From the NCBI GenBank assembly GCA_951406725.2, contig OX597826.1, positions 1,798,001 to 1,862,000 of the forward strand: a stretch of 64,000 nt of DNA, written 5' to 3'. The stretch comes from Octopus vulgaris (lineage: Eukaryota). The translations under genes were made by a program, and so were the position numbers. The notes under the pieces were generated by a model. That model was not told the DNA's origin, ran no database searches, and worked only from the letters and a program-made list of their open reading frames with translations. Shown piece by piece: positions 13,004-25,025 of this stretch. Every line of letters starts with the position of its first letter. Position 1 is the stretch's first letter.

Positions 13004-13216
13004 GTATGTACATACATGCGCACACACTGAGAGTGAGGGTAAGAGAAGGAATTGCGTGCGTAGGTGTCAGTAAGTTTGACTTATTATCCCAGTGCGCGTG
13101 CCTCAGTGGGTGCGAATGTGTGTTAATGACCGTGAGTCTGTATACACACATCCATACGTACACACACACACACACTCATACATATACACACATACATATA
13201 TATATATATATTTACA

Positions 13217-13270
<54 letters not shown>

Positions 13271-13899
13271 AATGCATATATTTATATATAGACACACACA
13301 CACATACACACACACACACACATATATATAATGTATGTGTGTGTGTGTGTGTGTGTGTACGTAACATATATATGTATATGTCTTCAATTATCGTTATCAA
13401 AACGACCCGCTTGCAGGACTTAATTGCCGTTCGTTAAATAAATACGTGGTAAGCTTCCTTTGGGTATAAAGCCTCTATTGTTTCGATCCGCTCTGGTGCC
13501 AAACTGGTGTCTGCTATACTCGGGTCGCTTCTAAACAAACGAAGCCGAAGAAATAAAAAATAACAAAACATTAACAATCCCAAATAAATCTTCTGCAGTT
13601 AATGACGAGCGTTGGTGGAATTATTGGTTCACTTCGAGTGTATGTGCGTGCGTGCGTGCGTGTTGTTATTATTGTAATTGTTGTTGTTGTTGTTTAATTT
13701 CAGGTCAACCCCAATCGAGCAAAAACATCCCAGCAATGATAATTCTGTTTTGTTATGTATGTATGTATGTATGTATGTATGTATGTATGTATCTATCTAT
13801 CTATCTATCTGTGTGTGTGTGTGTGTGTGTGCGTGTGTGCGTGTGTCGTCAGTAGTTCATATATCCGAAAAAGAAGCACCCTCTAAAATATTACAGCAG

Positions 13900-14395
13900 T
13901 AATATATTTTTAGGACGTTAAAAGTTATGGCCGGTTATAGAGTGACTATTGGTTTCGCACCTATAAAGCTCTTAGCGGTATAGGTAACTCGTCAGAGTCA
14001 AGTGACTGAAGGCGTATAACCTCTCTACAACTAAAGGAAGAAATACGTAACAGTCAGTTAGATTGTAAACAAAAAATATTGAAAAAAAAACCCCGCTCGT
14101 GGTGCAAGCGGGACGGGGTTACCCCTTTACATGGCCTCCGGCTGTGGTGGTATTCGAAGGAGCTGCAGTAGAGAGGGAATTCCAATGAAGAGGGAATTCC
14201 AAGTTTGTAGTTGGAAACGTTTTAGATGTGGGTATTGACTAAATGCTTCTTTCCTGGAGTTTAAAAAGGTCTCGCGAGGTTTTTTGATTCTTGCTCTTTC
14301 TACCAAGCAAAGCTTACATCGTGCTCCTGTTTATATAAGTCCCCAGTTGTGCAAGGTGCTTCGATTTTAAATGCCACACATGATTGGTAACATCA
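13900..14395 (-). mobile_element. Penelope-like element 3' remnant (GIY-YIG C-terminus plus pseudo-LTR)
   Basis: Minus strand TNHVWHLK..RCKLCLVERARI..FLNSRKEAFSQYPHLKRFQL resembles the PLE endonuclease end (RCxLCLxEKxxI..LNxRxE..CxHxxKF). A hammerhead core follows ~200 bp downstream. Confidence 0.7.
13944..13999 (-). ncRNA. Degenerate type I hammerhead ribozyme
   Basis: gact-CTGACGA-gttacctata..tataggtgc-GAAA-ccaat-agtc. Core and stem II are good; stem III and the cleavage triplet are damaged. Confidence 0.6.
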
Positions 14396-14579
14396 GGTCT
14401 CTGACCAGGGATTTGCCAAATTTTGCGAATCTTCTCCCCATCCCCAATTCTTGCGGACCGATTTTGTCTAACGGTAGCAACCAGTAGCACCTCAGCTCCG
14501 TCATTATGTGATGAGAAACAGATGGTTGTAGAGGAAGGATTTTGTGTGCATGTTGTGTGTGTATGTGCGGTGTGTGTTT

Positions 14580-15240
14580 GTAGTGTGAATGTGTGTATGC
14601 ATGAGTATGCATGTGTCTGAGTGTGTTTCTGTGTTTGTTCACTTCCACTACCTGACAATCGGTGTTGGTTTGTTTACGTCCCCTTAACTTAGCGGTTTAA
14701 CGAAAGAGCTGATAAAAAAAGTACCGGACTGAAAATAAGTACTGCGGTCGATTTGTTTGACTCAACCCTTCAAAGCAATGCCCCAGCATGGTCGCAGACC
14801 AATGACTGAAACAAATGAAGGATAACATATAACAGATTTCTATAGGCGCAGGAGTGGCTGTGTGGTAAGTAGCTTGTTTATCAACCACATGTTTCCGGGT
14901 TCAGTCCCACTGCGTGGCACCTTGGGCAAGTGTCTTTTACTATAGCCTCGGGCTGACCAAAGCCTTTTGAGTGGATTTGGTAGACGGAAACTGAAAGAAG
15001 CCCGTCGTATATACGTATGTATACATGTGTGTGTGTATGTTTGTGTGTCCGTGTTTGTCGCCCTAGCATTGCTTGACAACCGATGCTGGTGTGTTTATGT
15101 CCCTGTAACTTAGCGGTTCGGCAAAAGTGACCGATAGAATAAGTACTAGGCTTACAAAGAATAAGTCCTGGGGTCGATTTGCTCGACTAAAGGCGGTGCT
15201 CCAGCATGGCCGCAGTCAAATGACTGAAGCAAGTAAAAGA
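14580..15240 (+). mobile_element. SINE family A: 3' half followed by a full copy (14845-15240)
   Basis: ggcgcaggagtggctgtgtgg...cagcatggccgcagtcaaatgactgaagcaagtaaaaga. Confidence 0.92.
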
Positions 15241-15535
15241 ATAAGAGTAGACGCTGTTTACTAGTAATTGAAGATGGCCGCCTCTGTAGGAACCGGAAGC
15301 CACAACAATGGAGAGTAACGTCGACCGTACAATTTGTTGGTAAACACACGTAGCTAAATAACGCAAGGCATTTTGTTCGACGCACTACCATTTCTACAAA
15401 TCCACAGCCATTTAACGATTAAGGCACATATTTCACTGCATACAAATCATAACAAACGCTTACATCTGAGAAAGTATTATGTTAAACATGTTAAGTACGC
15501 AAATGGAAATAGATTTTACAGTGTCTGGGGTGCTT

Positions 15536-15587
<52 letters not shown>

Positions 15588-15821
15588 ATACACACACACA
15601 TACACACACACGCACGCTCACACACACACACATATACATTATATAAGATTTCTTGTTATGTAACTGATTATTTCAAATAATTATGAAACGGTTCATTAAT
15701 TAATCCATCGATCGATCCATTCATCAAACCATCTGACCATTTATACAACCACATGTGCATATGGGGAGGACACACACACACATGTATGTGTATATACTAT
15801 GCACACACACATGTATTTTAT

Positions 15822-16038
15822 TCTTTTACTCTTTTACTTGTTTCAGTCATTTGACTGCGGCCATGCTGGAGCACCGCCTTTAGTCGAACAAATCGACCCC
15901 AGGACTTATTCGTTGCAAGCCTGGTACCTATCCTATCGGTCTCTATTGCCGAACCGCTACCTCACGGGGACGTAAACACACCAACATCGGTTGTCAAGCG
16001 ATGGTAGTGGGGGGGACAAATACGGACACACAAGTACA

Positions 16039-16126
<88 letters not shown>

Positions 16127-16288
16127 GACGGGCTTCTTTCAGTTTCCGTCTTCGAAATCCACTCACAAGGCTTTGGTCGGCCCGCGACTATACTAGAAGA
16201 CACTTGCCCAAGGTGCCACGCAGTGGGACTGAACCCAGAACCATGTGGTTGGGAAGCAAGCTTCTTACGACACAGCCACTCCTGCGCC
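15822..16288 (-). mobile_element. SINE family A full copy (partial duplicate at 16362-16442)
   Basis: Reverse complement of the family A sequence, with an expanded internal (TA)/(TACA) tract. Confidence 0.92.
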
Positions 16289-16713
16289 TATATGCATATA
16301 TACTACACACATACACAACACACGCACACGCACACACACGCGCACACACATATATATATATACGACGGGCTTCTTTTTAGTTTCCGTCTACCAAATCCAC
16401 TCACAAGGCCCGAGGCTATAGTAGAAGACACCTGCCCAAGGTGTATATATATATATATATGTATATATATAAAGTGATAGCTAGACAGATTGATAGATGC
16501 AGCTATACTAGTTAACTGGTCTATTCATTAGAGCGCTGGATAGAGTGCTCTGTAGCAATCTTTCCAGTTGTCTACTCTTTGTGTTCAAACACCACCGAGC
16601 TTAAGTTTGCTTTGTATTCTTTCGGAATCCATAAAATAAACAGCTTCCATTTTCGTAATCTTCCTGACTACCTGTTCAGTTTGGCTCACAGGTTTTTTAA
16701 TTAATTTTTTTTA

Positions 16714-16875
16714 ACTAAACAGTTTGAAACTTCGTATACTGGTGGAATGATGTCTCCGCAAAACACGGTTTACTTCGAACATTTTTGACAAAAATTAGTA
16801 TTTTAGAAGTTATTTCGTGTTAAAGTTGTCGTATTAGGGTAATTTCAACCAATCAACGACATGTATTCGGTTGAA
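16714..16875 (+). mobile_element. Fragment of the Merlin-like MITE arm
   Basis: actaaacagtttgaaacttcgtatactgg...aatttcaaccaatcaacgac matches the arms at 8770-8940. Confidence 0.7.
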
Positions 16876-17017
16876 GAAAGCTTGAGTTTTCTCAGCTCCA
16901 GTCAAACTGAACAGATCCTCTGAACAGATCCCCTGAACAGATCTCTCTCTATATAAGCAAAAGAGTTTGGACACCCAGTTATAAAAGCATAAGTGTTTTT
17001 TTTCTTTCTAAAACTGT

Positions 17018-17126
17018 GAATGGAGAGCACTAGTAGACCTGGTCGGCTCTACACATAAGGACATCTTTGGGATCACTAACCTGGGATCACCCCAGCCCTA
17101 TCATGCAAAAGCATGAAGCAAGCAAG

Positions 17127-17128
<2 letters not shown>
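17018..17128 (+). mobile_element. RTE-like LINE extreme 3' end, copy 1
   Basis: Near-identical to 19178-19294; ends in (AAGC)n running into (TA)n. Confidence 0.65.
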
Positions 17129-17179
<51 letters not shown>

Positions 17180-17940
17180 CTGAAGTAAGAATAAATAACT
17201 AAATGAATAAAATAATGGCTTTCAAAACCATTTCATATTCAAAGCCTCGAAACATTAACATTCATTAACAACACTTTATGTAAATTTATGTATCATTCGA
17301 GAAAAATGCTAACTGAAAAGTAGAATCGCTTTGATGTCCTTTTGGCGCATAACTAAACGGTTTCTTATAAACTAGGTCGACATCACGCAGTCATCCTACA
17401 AAATAACATTGAGGTATACGAACAGATGGAAGATTATGAACACAATCCTTCCAAATCTGGCGTCTCCTGTTCTCAACAGGCAAGCTACAGGACATAAACC
17501 TTCCTAGAAACTGTGGCATCGTGTCATCGCATATTTTTCTGCGGAGGAAATGTGAAGAGAGAATGAGTGAGTGAGGAAGAGAGGGAGAGTGAAAGGGAAG
17601 AGAGAGAGAGGGGAGTGGAAGTGGGAGGAAAACTCAAGATTATGTTTCAAATTTTTTTGTAAAATGTTATGTTTATATTATCATGGTGTTTGCGCGTGCC
17701 ATAAAAAAAATTATAAAAATAATGACCATATGCGGCCCGAGTGCTGCCGGTGGCCCCCTGCCTTCGAATATATAAATGTCTTCTTTTATGATAAAATACT
17801 TTAAAAACAATTTTTTTCTTAATCTGAAGGATTATTCCACACTTTTGTAGAGTAAAAATCTATTATTCTTTAACAAGAATAGTTCTGACAGTGACTTTGA
17901 AGCAGGTTACCCCCATCATCAGACAGTAATATATATCATA

Positions 17941-18011
<71 letters not shown>

Positions 18012-18029
18012 TGTATGTATGTGTGTATG

Positions 18030-18064
<35 letters not shown>

Positions 18065-18071
18065 ATCAATG

Positions 18072-18110
<39 letters not shown>

Positions 18111-18165
18111 ATGAATGTATATATATATCTGTAAATATAATATGTGGTAATTATTCGGTAGCCAT

Positions 18166-18226
18166 GATAAAACTCAGAGTTTCGGATGTCGGGGCAGAAA
18201 CCCACGCTGGCATCTCTTCAGTTATC
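18166..18226 (-). ncRNA. Type I hammerhead ribozyme (Penelope-type)
   Basis: gataa-CTGAAGA-gatg..catcc-GAAA-ctctgag-TT-ttatc. Stem I gataa/ttatc is perfect; stem III is ACUC/GAGU; GUU triplet. Confidence 0.72.
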
Positions 18227-18447
18227 GGGCCATCGAAATAAATGCTATGAAAATGACTGTTATTTATACGTATACTGTACACACACACACACTCACACAC
18301 ACATAAATATATATATACATATGTATGTATATATATATTTATATATATACATATGCATGTATGTGTGTGCATGAATGTATATATATATATATATATGTAT
18401 GTGTGTATGAATGTATATATATATATATCTGTGTGTGTGTATGTGTG

Positions 18448-18508
<61 letters not shown>

Positions 18509-18696
18509 TGCACACGCACACTCACACGTATATATATATACGTATATATGTATGTGTATATATATGTGTATATATATATGTGCATATATATATATACACA
18601 CATATGTAAAGGGAAAGTTTACGAAAATAAACAAAAGATGAAGGCAGGTGGTGTACAAACAAATGTATTAGTATAGCGCTCAGGATTAGAAAAAGT

Positions 18697-18732
18697 CTTT
18701 TACGTTTCGAGCCTACGTTCTTCGACAGAAAG
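18697..18732 (-). ncRNA. Hammerhead-like motif with variant core CUGUCGA
   Basis: cttt-CTGTCGA-a-gaacgtaggctc-GAAA-cg-TA-aaag; related copy at 60043-60080. Confidence 0.45.
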
Positions 18733-18795
18733 AAACACACAAAAAAACAAGGAGAGAAACAAGGAGAGAAAAAAATACGTATGTATGCATATAAG

Positions 18796-18837
<42 letters not shown>

Positions 18838-18866
18838 TACATATACTTAAACGTATGTGCATATAT

Positions 18867-19105
18867 GAAGGCGCTTGGCCCAGGGGTTAAGATGTAGCAC
18901 TCACGATTGCAGAAAGTAGTTTTGATTTCCAGACAGGATTTAAAATGTCGAAGTCTCGAACTGTTTGTCTGAGTTTCGTTTCGCCTTATTTGAGGGTGCT
19001 TTGCATTAGACGGCGCATGGCATTGTGATTAGGGTGTTGTACCACCTAGTCGTAAAATCGCGAGCAGGGCATTGAGTTCTTGAGCAACACACTTCATTTC
19101 ATGTT
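18867..19105 (+). mobile_element. Two diverged SINE family C 5' fragments
   Basis: gaaggcgcttggccc.. and ggcgcatggc...gttcttgagcaacacacttcatttca. Confidence 0.65.
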
Positions 19106-19114
19106 GTGATTAAA

Positions 19115-19291
19115 AAACATCTCCAGAAGCTCGACGACATCTTGGATGACGCAGAGAGACTGGCACGGGACCGCCAGGAATGGAGAGCACTAGTAGACCT
19201 GGTCGGCTCTACACGCATAAGGACATCTTTGGGATCACTAACCTGGGATCACCCCTGCCCCATCAAGCAAAAGCATGGAGCAAGCAAGCAA

Positions 19292-19294
<3 letters not shown>
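19115..19294 (+). mobile_element. RTE-like LINE 3' end, copy 2
   Basis: Encodes LDDAERLARDRQEWRALV, the AxDRxxWRxxV C-terminal motif typical of RTE-clade ORFs; (AAGC)n tail. Confidence 0.7.
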
Positions 19295-19354
<60 letters not shown>

Positions 19355-19505
19355 TACGACGGGCTTCTGTCAGTTTCCGTCTACCAAATCCACGCACAAG
19401 GCTTTGGTCGACCCGAAGCTATAGTAGAAGACACTTGCCCAAGATGCTATGCAGTGCGACTGAACCCGGAACCATGTGGTTGGTAAGTAAGCTACTTACC
19501 ACACA
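19355..19505 (-). mobile_element. SINE family A 5' half
   Basis: cgacgggcttctgtcagtttccgtctaccaaatcc...agctacttaccacaca. Confidence 0.88.
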
Positions 19506-20041
19506 ATGCGAGCTAACGACGTAGATTCCCCGTGTTTCTTCGATTTGCAAAATATAGCAGCCAAGTCTTTCAGAATGATTCATTGGATTGGATGATGTAA
19601 TTCCGAAAACACCGGCTTAAAGAACCCCCCAACACACACACACAAAGGCGCAATGGTGACAGCTGGATTATCGGTATTCAAAGGTCTGTTTGATCAGGGC
19701 TAGCCTTGGGCTAAACGAAATTCCCCGCCCACACACAAGCATTTTAGGTTGATAAATCCCAAGTTATATATGTACGTAGGACCCGGCTGGGATTGGTCTT
19801 TCGGTTAAGACATCTCACAGCGGGAGGCTGACAGTAATAGGTACGTTACATGGAATTCATCATGGCGGAGTATGAATTACACTCAATTTATTTGGTACTG
19901 AGTAATCGAGTCTTTGTTTATTCAGGTAATATGCAACTGCTGCTGCTGCTGGTACTTACATACACGACTACACACACACACACACACGCACACACGTACA
20001 TACACGTCCAGACATATATAACTGTATACACACACTCACAC

Positions 20042-20093
<52 letters not shown>

Positions 20094-20114
20094 TATTATA
20101 ATATATATATATAT

Positions 20115-20380
20115 ATTAATCAGCCGAAATTGCGAGGATGATCCGGTTCTTGACTGAAGATAAAAGGCTTCGAATGACCCGTCCATGTTTTTTTGCATCG
20201 TCTATCTGAATGTTTTATTGTCCCTTTTTGTATCACCTAGCTGTCCGAATGTTTTGCGTTCTTGTCCCAATTTGGATTTTATATATATATCTCCTTCTTC
20301 CCTTCTTTCCTGAGCGTCCAATAATACCTTATTTGTTCCACGTCCTTGCGTTGTTGTCTTTTTGTTTTCTTGTTTGATTA

Positions 20381-20385
<5 letters not shown>
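20115..20385 (+). mobile_element. Short interspersed element, probably PLE pseudo-LTR-derived (other copies at 32041-32150 + and 60165-60420 -)
   Basis: Shared ccgaaattgc...gactga..gaatgacc(c/a)gtcc..catcgtctatct in three places; the 20 kb and 32 kb copies run into TA microsatellites. Confidence 0.6.
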
Positions 20386-20424
<39 letters not shown>

Positions 20425-20426
20425 TA

Positions 20427-20506
<80 letters not shown>

Positions 20507-20531
20507 TGTATGTATGTATGTATGTATATTA

Positions 20532-20675
20532 AAGAAGCTTGCTTCCCAACCACATGGTTCTGGGTTCAGTCCCACTGCGTGGCACCTTTGGTAGGTGCCT
20601 TCTACTATAACCTGAAGCCCACCAAAGCCTTGTGAATGGATTTTATAGACGGAAACTGAAAGAAGTCTGTCGTAT
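20532..20675 (+). mobile_element. SINE family A 5' half leading into a ~600-bp (TA/TACA) expansion
   Basis: Family A head and body, followed by a microsatellite extending to 21287. Confidence 0.88.
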
Positions 20676-20764
20676 ATACGTGTGTGTGTGTGTGTGTATA
20701 TACATATATATATATACACACATACAAATACACGCACACAAAGAAATATATATAAATATATATG

Positions 20765-20795
<31 letters not shown>

Positions 20796-20803
20796 GTATA
20801 TAT

Positions 20804-20884
<81 letters not shown>

Positions 20885-20924
20885 TACATATATATATACA
20901 TACATATACATATACATACATATA

Positions 20925-20956
<32 letters not shown>

Positions 20957-21030
20957 CATATATATACATATATATATATACATACATATATATATATATA
21001 TACATATATATACATACATATATATATACA

Positions 21031-21062
<32 letters not shown>

Positions 21063-21245
21063 CATATATATACATACATACATATACATACATATATATA
21101 TATACATACATATATATACATATATATATATATACATATATATATACATATATATATATACATACATATATATATACATACATATATATATATACATATC
21201 CATATATATCCATATATATAGACATATATATATATATATATATAC

Positions 21246-21291
<46 letters not shown>

Positions 21292-21365
21292 TGTTTGTTG
21301 TTTTTGTTTTTTTGTTTTTCCAGTTTCAGCTCTTGAGCTGTGGCCATGCTGGGGCACCGCCATTG

Positions 21366-21525
21366 TGGTGAAAGAGTACAGCAGGGATCACCACCCCCTG
21401 CCGGAGCCTCGTAGAGCTTTTAGGTGTTTTCGCTCAATAAACACACACAACGCCCGGTCTGAGAATCGAAACCGCAATCCTGCGACCGCGAGTCCGCTGC
21501 CCTAACCACTAGGCCATTGCGCCTC
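21366..21525 (-). mobile_element. tRNA-derived SINE (family C-related head)
   Basis: Reverse complement gaggcgcaatggcctagtggttagggcagcggactcgcggtcgcaggattgcggtttcgattc has A/B boxes. Confidence 0.75.
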
Positions 21526-21562
21526 TACAAATATATATACATATATATACATATATATATAC

Positions 21563-21615
<53 letters not shown>

Positions 21616-21822
21616 TATAAGTAGGTGAATGAATTATTCTATGTTTATCGTCAGCATGGAAAATTCGTTTAACCGAAACCTGAGTAGCAAATTCACGTCA
21701 GAAACACGGTTGAAGCGACCTGTCAAGGGTAGAAACTCCGGGTTCATGTGCAGAAATTTGTGTGTTGTATATGAATAAATGAAAGAATGGAGTCGAACGA
21801 AGATGTTAACAAAATTCCTTTA

Positions 21823-21904
21823 CTCTCGACATATGTTTCGAAGACAGCATGTTTTCATTCCAAAGCAATAAAGGGTGCATTATGCAATCTTCTCATCAGG
21901 AAAG
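21823..21904 (-). ncRNA. Type I hammerhead ribozyme with a long loop II
   Basis: ctttc-CTGATGA-gaaga[loop]tcttc-GAAA-catatg-TC-gagag. Canonical core, palindromic stem III ACAUAUGU, GUC triplet, 5-bp stem I with one G-U pair. Confidence 0.8.
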
Positions 21905-22190
21905 AAAGGGAGCCTCTCTCGACAACAAGACAAACAAAAATTTCGATGATTGCCTACATGGTAAACAAAACGATAATGAGTGCTTTTTAAAAAAAATCCG
22001 CTAGAAGAATTGACGTCAAAGTTAGATAGCAGGAAGAGAAGGGATAAAGGAATAATAGGTAGGGAACAAGTGGAGAGGGAAGGGTACGTTGATTGAAAGA
22101 ATGTTCGAAGGCTTAGGAAAGAATTTCTTTCGAAACATATGACGAGAGTAAAAGAATTTTGTGAACATCTTCGTTCGACTCCATTCTTTC

Positions 22191-22263
<73 letters not shown>

Positions 22264-22279
22264 CACATACACATATCAC

Positions 22280-22500
22280 CATCATTGTTTTTACCATCCA
22301 CTCTTCCATGCTGGCCATAGATCGGACGTAATTTGCTGAGGCAGATTTTCTACGACCGGATGTACTTCCTGTCGCCAACCTTCACCTGATTCCAAGCCAG
22401 GTAATATTTCCCCATCGTCAGACATGTTTCGCACAAGAGTGGAAACGAATAACACTGCTTTTATGACGGTGATGGTCATTTACAAATATCAGGCGATGTC
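22280..22500 (-). mobile_element. SINE-like 3' fragment
   Basis: Reverse complement aggttggcgacaggaagtacatccggtcgtagaaaatctgcctc...gcatggaagagtggatggtaaaaacaatgatg resembles a retroposon tail ending in ATG repeats. Confidence 0.55.
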
Positions 22501-22921
22501 AAACAGGGGGGGGGGCACTAGCACACACACACACACACACATTGTTGGACAGTGTAAAAATGGTTATGGCATATAACTAGTTAGAATGTTGTAGTTGGTT
22601 TTGTGCTGATTATTGCAATATCGACGACTCTTCAAACATTCTGGCCGGAAATGTATAGCTTCTTTTATTTTGAAATCATTTGGGAACTCCTGTAACAGGA
22701 TAGACCATAGCTGAATGGAAGCAGGCGTTGTGAGTTTTTCTTGGAGGGGAGGAGAAGAGAAACATTCTAAAAGATTTACAGGATCCGTATGCTTCCCTGA
22801 ACTCAAAAAGCGAAATATTTGTATGCTGCCCTTACGAATGGAAATTCATTTTGGCAACGTCGTTGTCACCTTTTTCAGACTAGAAAACGACACTTACACA
22901 CACATACGTGCGCACACACAT

Positions 22922-23051
<130 letters not shown>

Positions 23052-23437
23052 CCGACACCCTTCATCCACATTTAGCAAGCTTAGTGTTCCGCTTCAGAAT
23101 GTTCTGTTTCGCCAACTGTATCTCTCATCAGGCGGTAGTAAAAGACAGAATTATCCTCTGACTTGCAAGTGTTGGAACAACTGAGCATTCATCATTGAAA
23201 CCGACAGAGCTCCAGTCATTTACTAATCTTTTTTACTACGAAGTATATTATTTAATACTTCCTAATTTCACAAAGACGATAGAGTTGAGAGTGTGGTTGA
23301 AAGGAACTTCGTAAATATTTCTAGCAGGTTAGCTACCACCTAGAGGTTCTTTGATTAGCCACGCAGTTTAAACATGTGAAACCATCTGCATAAATACGCG
23401 CATATATGTTCACACACATACTCTCACTTTCACTCAT

Positions 23438-23477
<40 letters not shown>

Positions 23478-23605
23478 ACGAAGACGGATGTACTCGGGTA
23501 TTGTCTAGACTCCAGCAAGAAATCTATGCCATTAACTTCTTTTATTATATTGTAAATGAAGTGCATAAATGTTTTCAGAACATAAACACGCGCGCGCGTG
23601 TGCGA

Positions 23606-23666
<61 letters not shown>

Positions 23667-23829
23667 CGTGTGTTTATATTTATGTGTTACGGGCGTATGG
23701 CTAACTATAGTCATGTTTACTTGTTAAGTCTACAGGCCTAACAAGTAAACATGTGTTTGGGCACATTCCTACACTCCACTAAATACGCACACACACAACA
23801 CACACAACACACACATACATAGACACATA

Positions 23830-24341
23830 CCGTAAATCCTCGAGTATAGTACGCCCTTCAGTATAATAAGCAGGGGATTTTTAGGGGGCTGTACCTCTGA
23901 AAAACCTAAACCTTGTGTATAATACGCACCCTTTCTCTAACTTAAGTCAATGAGGTCTATATAATGTCCTTGGTTTGTAAAACTGTATACGTTAACGTCC
24001 TTTATTATTATTGTATATATAACATTATGCAAACGTGTAGCTTTTTTGTGCATTTTGTTTGCAGAAAATAACGAAGTAACAGTAATAACTTTTAATAAAT
24101 ATTGCTTACGGCAAGTTATGGATGATTCTTTTACGACTTCATTGCTTTCAGGCTTAGCTTAAGGTATTTTCGCGCCCGACATCACAAAATGCGTCTGAAT
24201 AAACATTGCCGGACAGCAAATAGAGACTCGGACATTGCTTAGAAAATAATTTTCATTTTTAACCACGTATATAGTACGCACTAGGGATTTTGACCGTTAA
24301 ATTTTGGGGGAAAAGTGCGGATTATACTCGAGGATTAACGG
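23830..24341. mobile_element. pogo-like MITE
   Basis: TIRs ccgtaaatcctcgagtata / tatactcgaggattaacgg, flanked by TA. Confidence 0.88.
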
Positions 24342-24439
24342 TATGTACACACACACACACACACACACGCACAAACGCCCGCTTTAACAATCACCTTCCA
24401 CCTGGTGCTATCTTAACGCATGGGTACACTGGGCAATTG

Positions 24440-25025
24440 TTTGCGAGCTTCAGGTATCTAGGGACTCATGTAAGCTGTGGCTTGTTGCCAATAAATATCA
24501 TAGGACCCACTGCATTGATTTCCTCAGGGCCTTCACGGGCCTAGGGATCCTATTTTGATTTATGTATGTTGTGGTTTGCTGTCAATAAATAAGTATTATA
24601 GAACCCACTACATTGATTTGCTCAGGGCCCTCACGGGCCTAGGGAACAAATTCTGATTTATGTTTGCTGTGGCTTGCTGTCAATAAGTAAATACTATAAG
24701 TTCTGCTCAGGGGTCTCAGGGGTCTAGGAACCAATTTTGACCAATGTATGCTGTTGTTTGAAGTCGGTAAATAAATAAATGAGGGCTAATTCATTGATTT
24801 TCCTGGGAGCCTCACATACCTCAGGGCTCAGTTCAGATCAATGCATGCTGGGGTTTGCTGCCAATGAATAAATGCTATAGGTTCCAATGCATTGATTTTC
24901 CCCGGGGCCTCATGGGTCGAGAGGTCAATTCTGACCTATGAATGCTGTGGTTTGATGTCAATGAATAAATAATAGAGTACCAGTTTAGGGCCCCAATTCT
25001 GATCTGTTTATGCTGTGGCTTGCAG
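24440..25025. repeat. Diverged minisatellite, ~6-7 x ~90 bp
   Basis: Recurring tgctgtggcttgctgtcaataaata...cattgattt...cagggcc..cacgggcctaggga..ttctgat. Confidence 0.85.

Noticed and set aside
17880-17935. CTGATGA on the minus strand
   Set aside because: No correctly placed GAAA box.
20150-20185. Hammerhead in the 20.1/32.0/60.2-kb family
   Set aside because: CTGAAGA and GAA(A) are present, but stems II and III and the NUH site cannot be formed consistently across the three copies.
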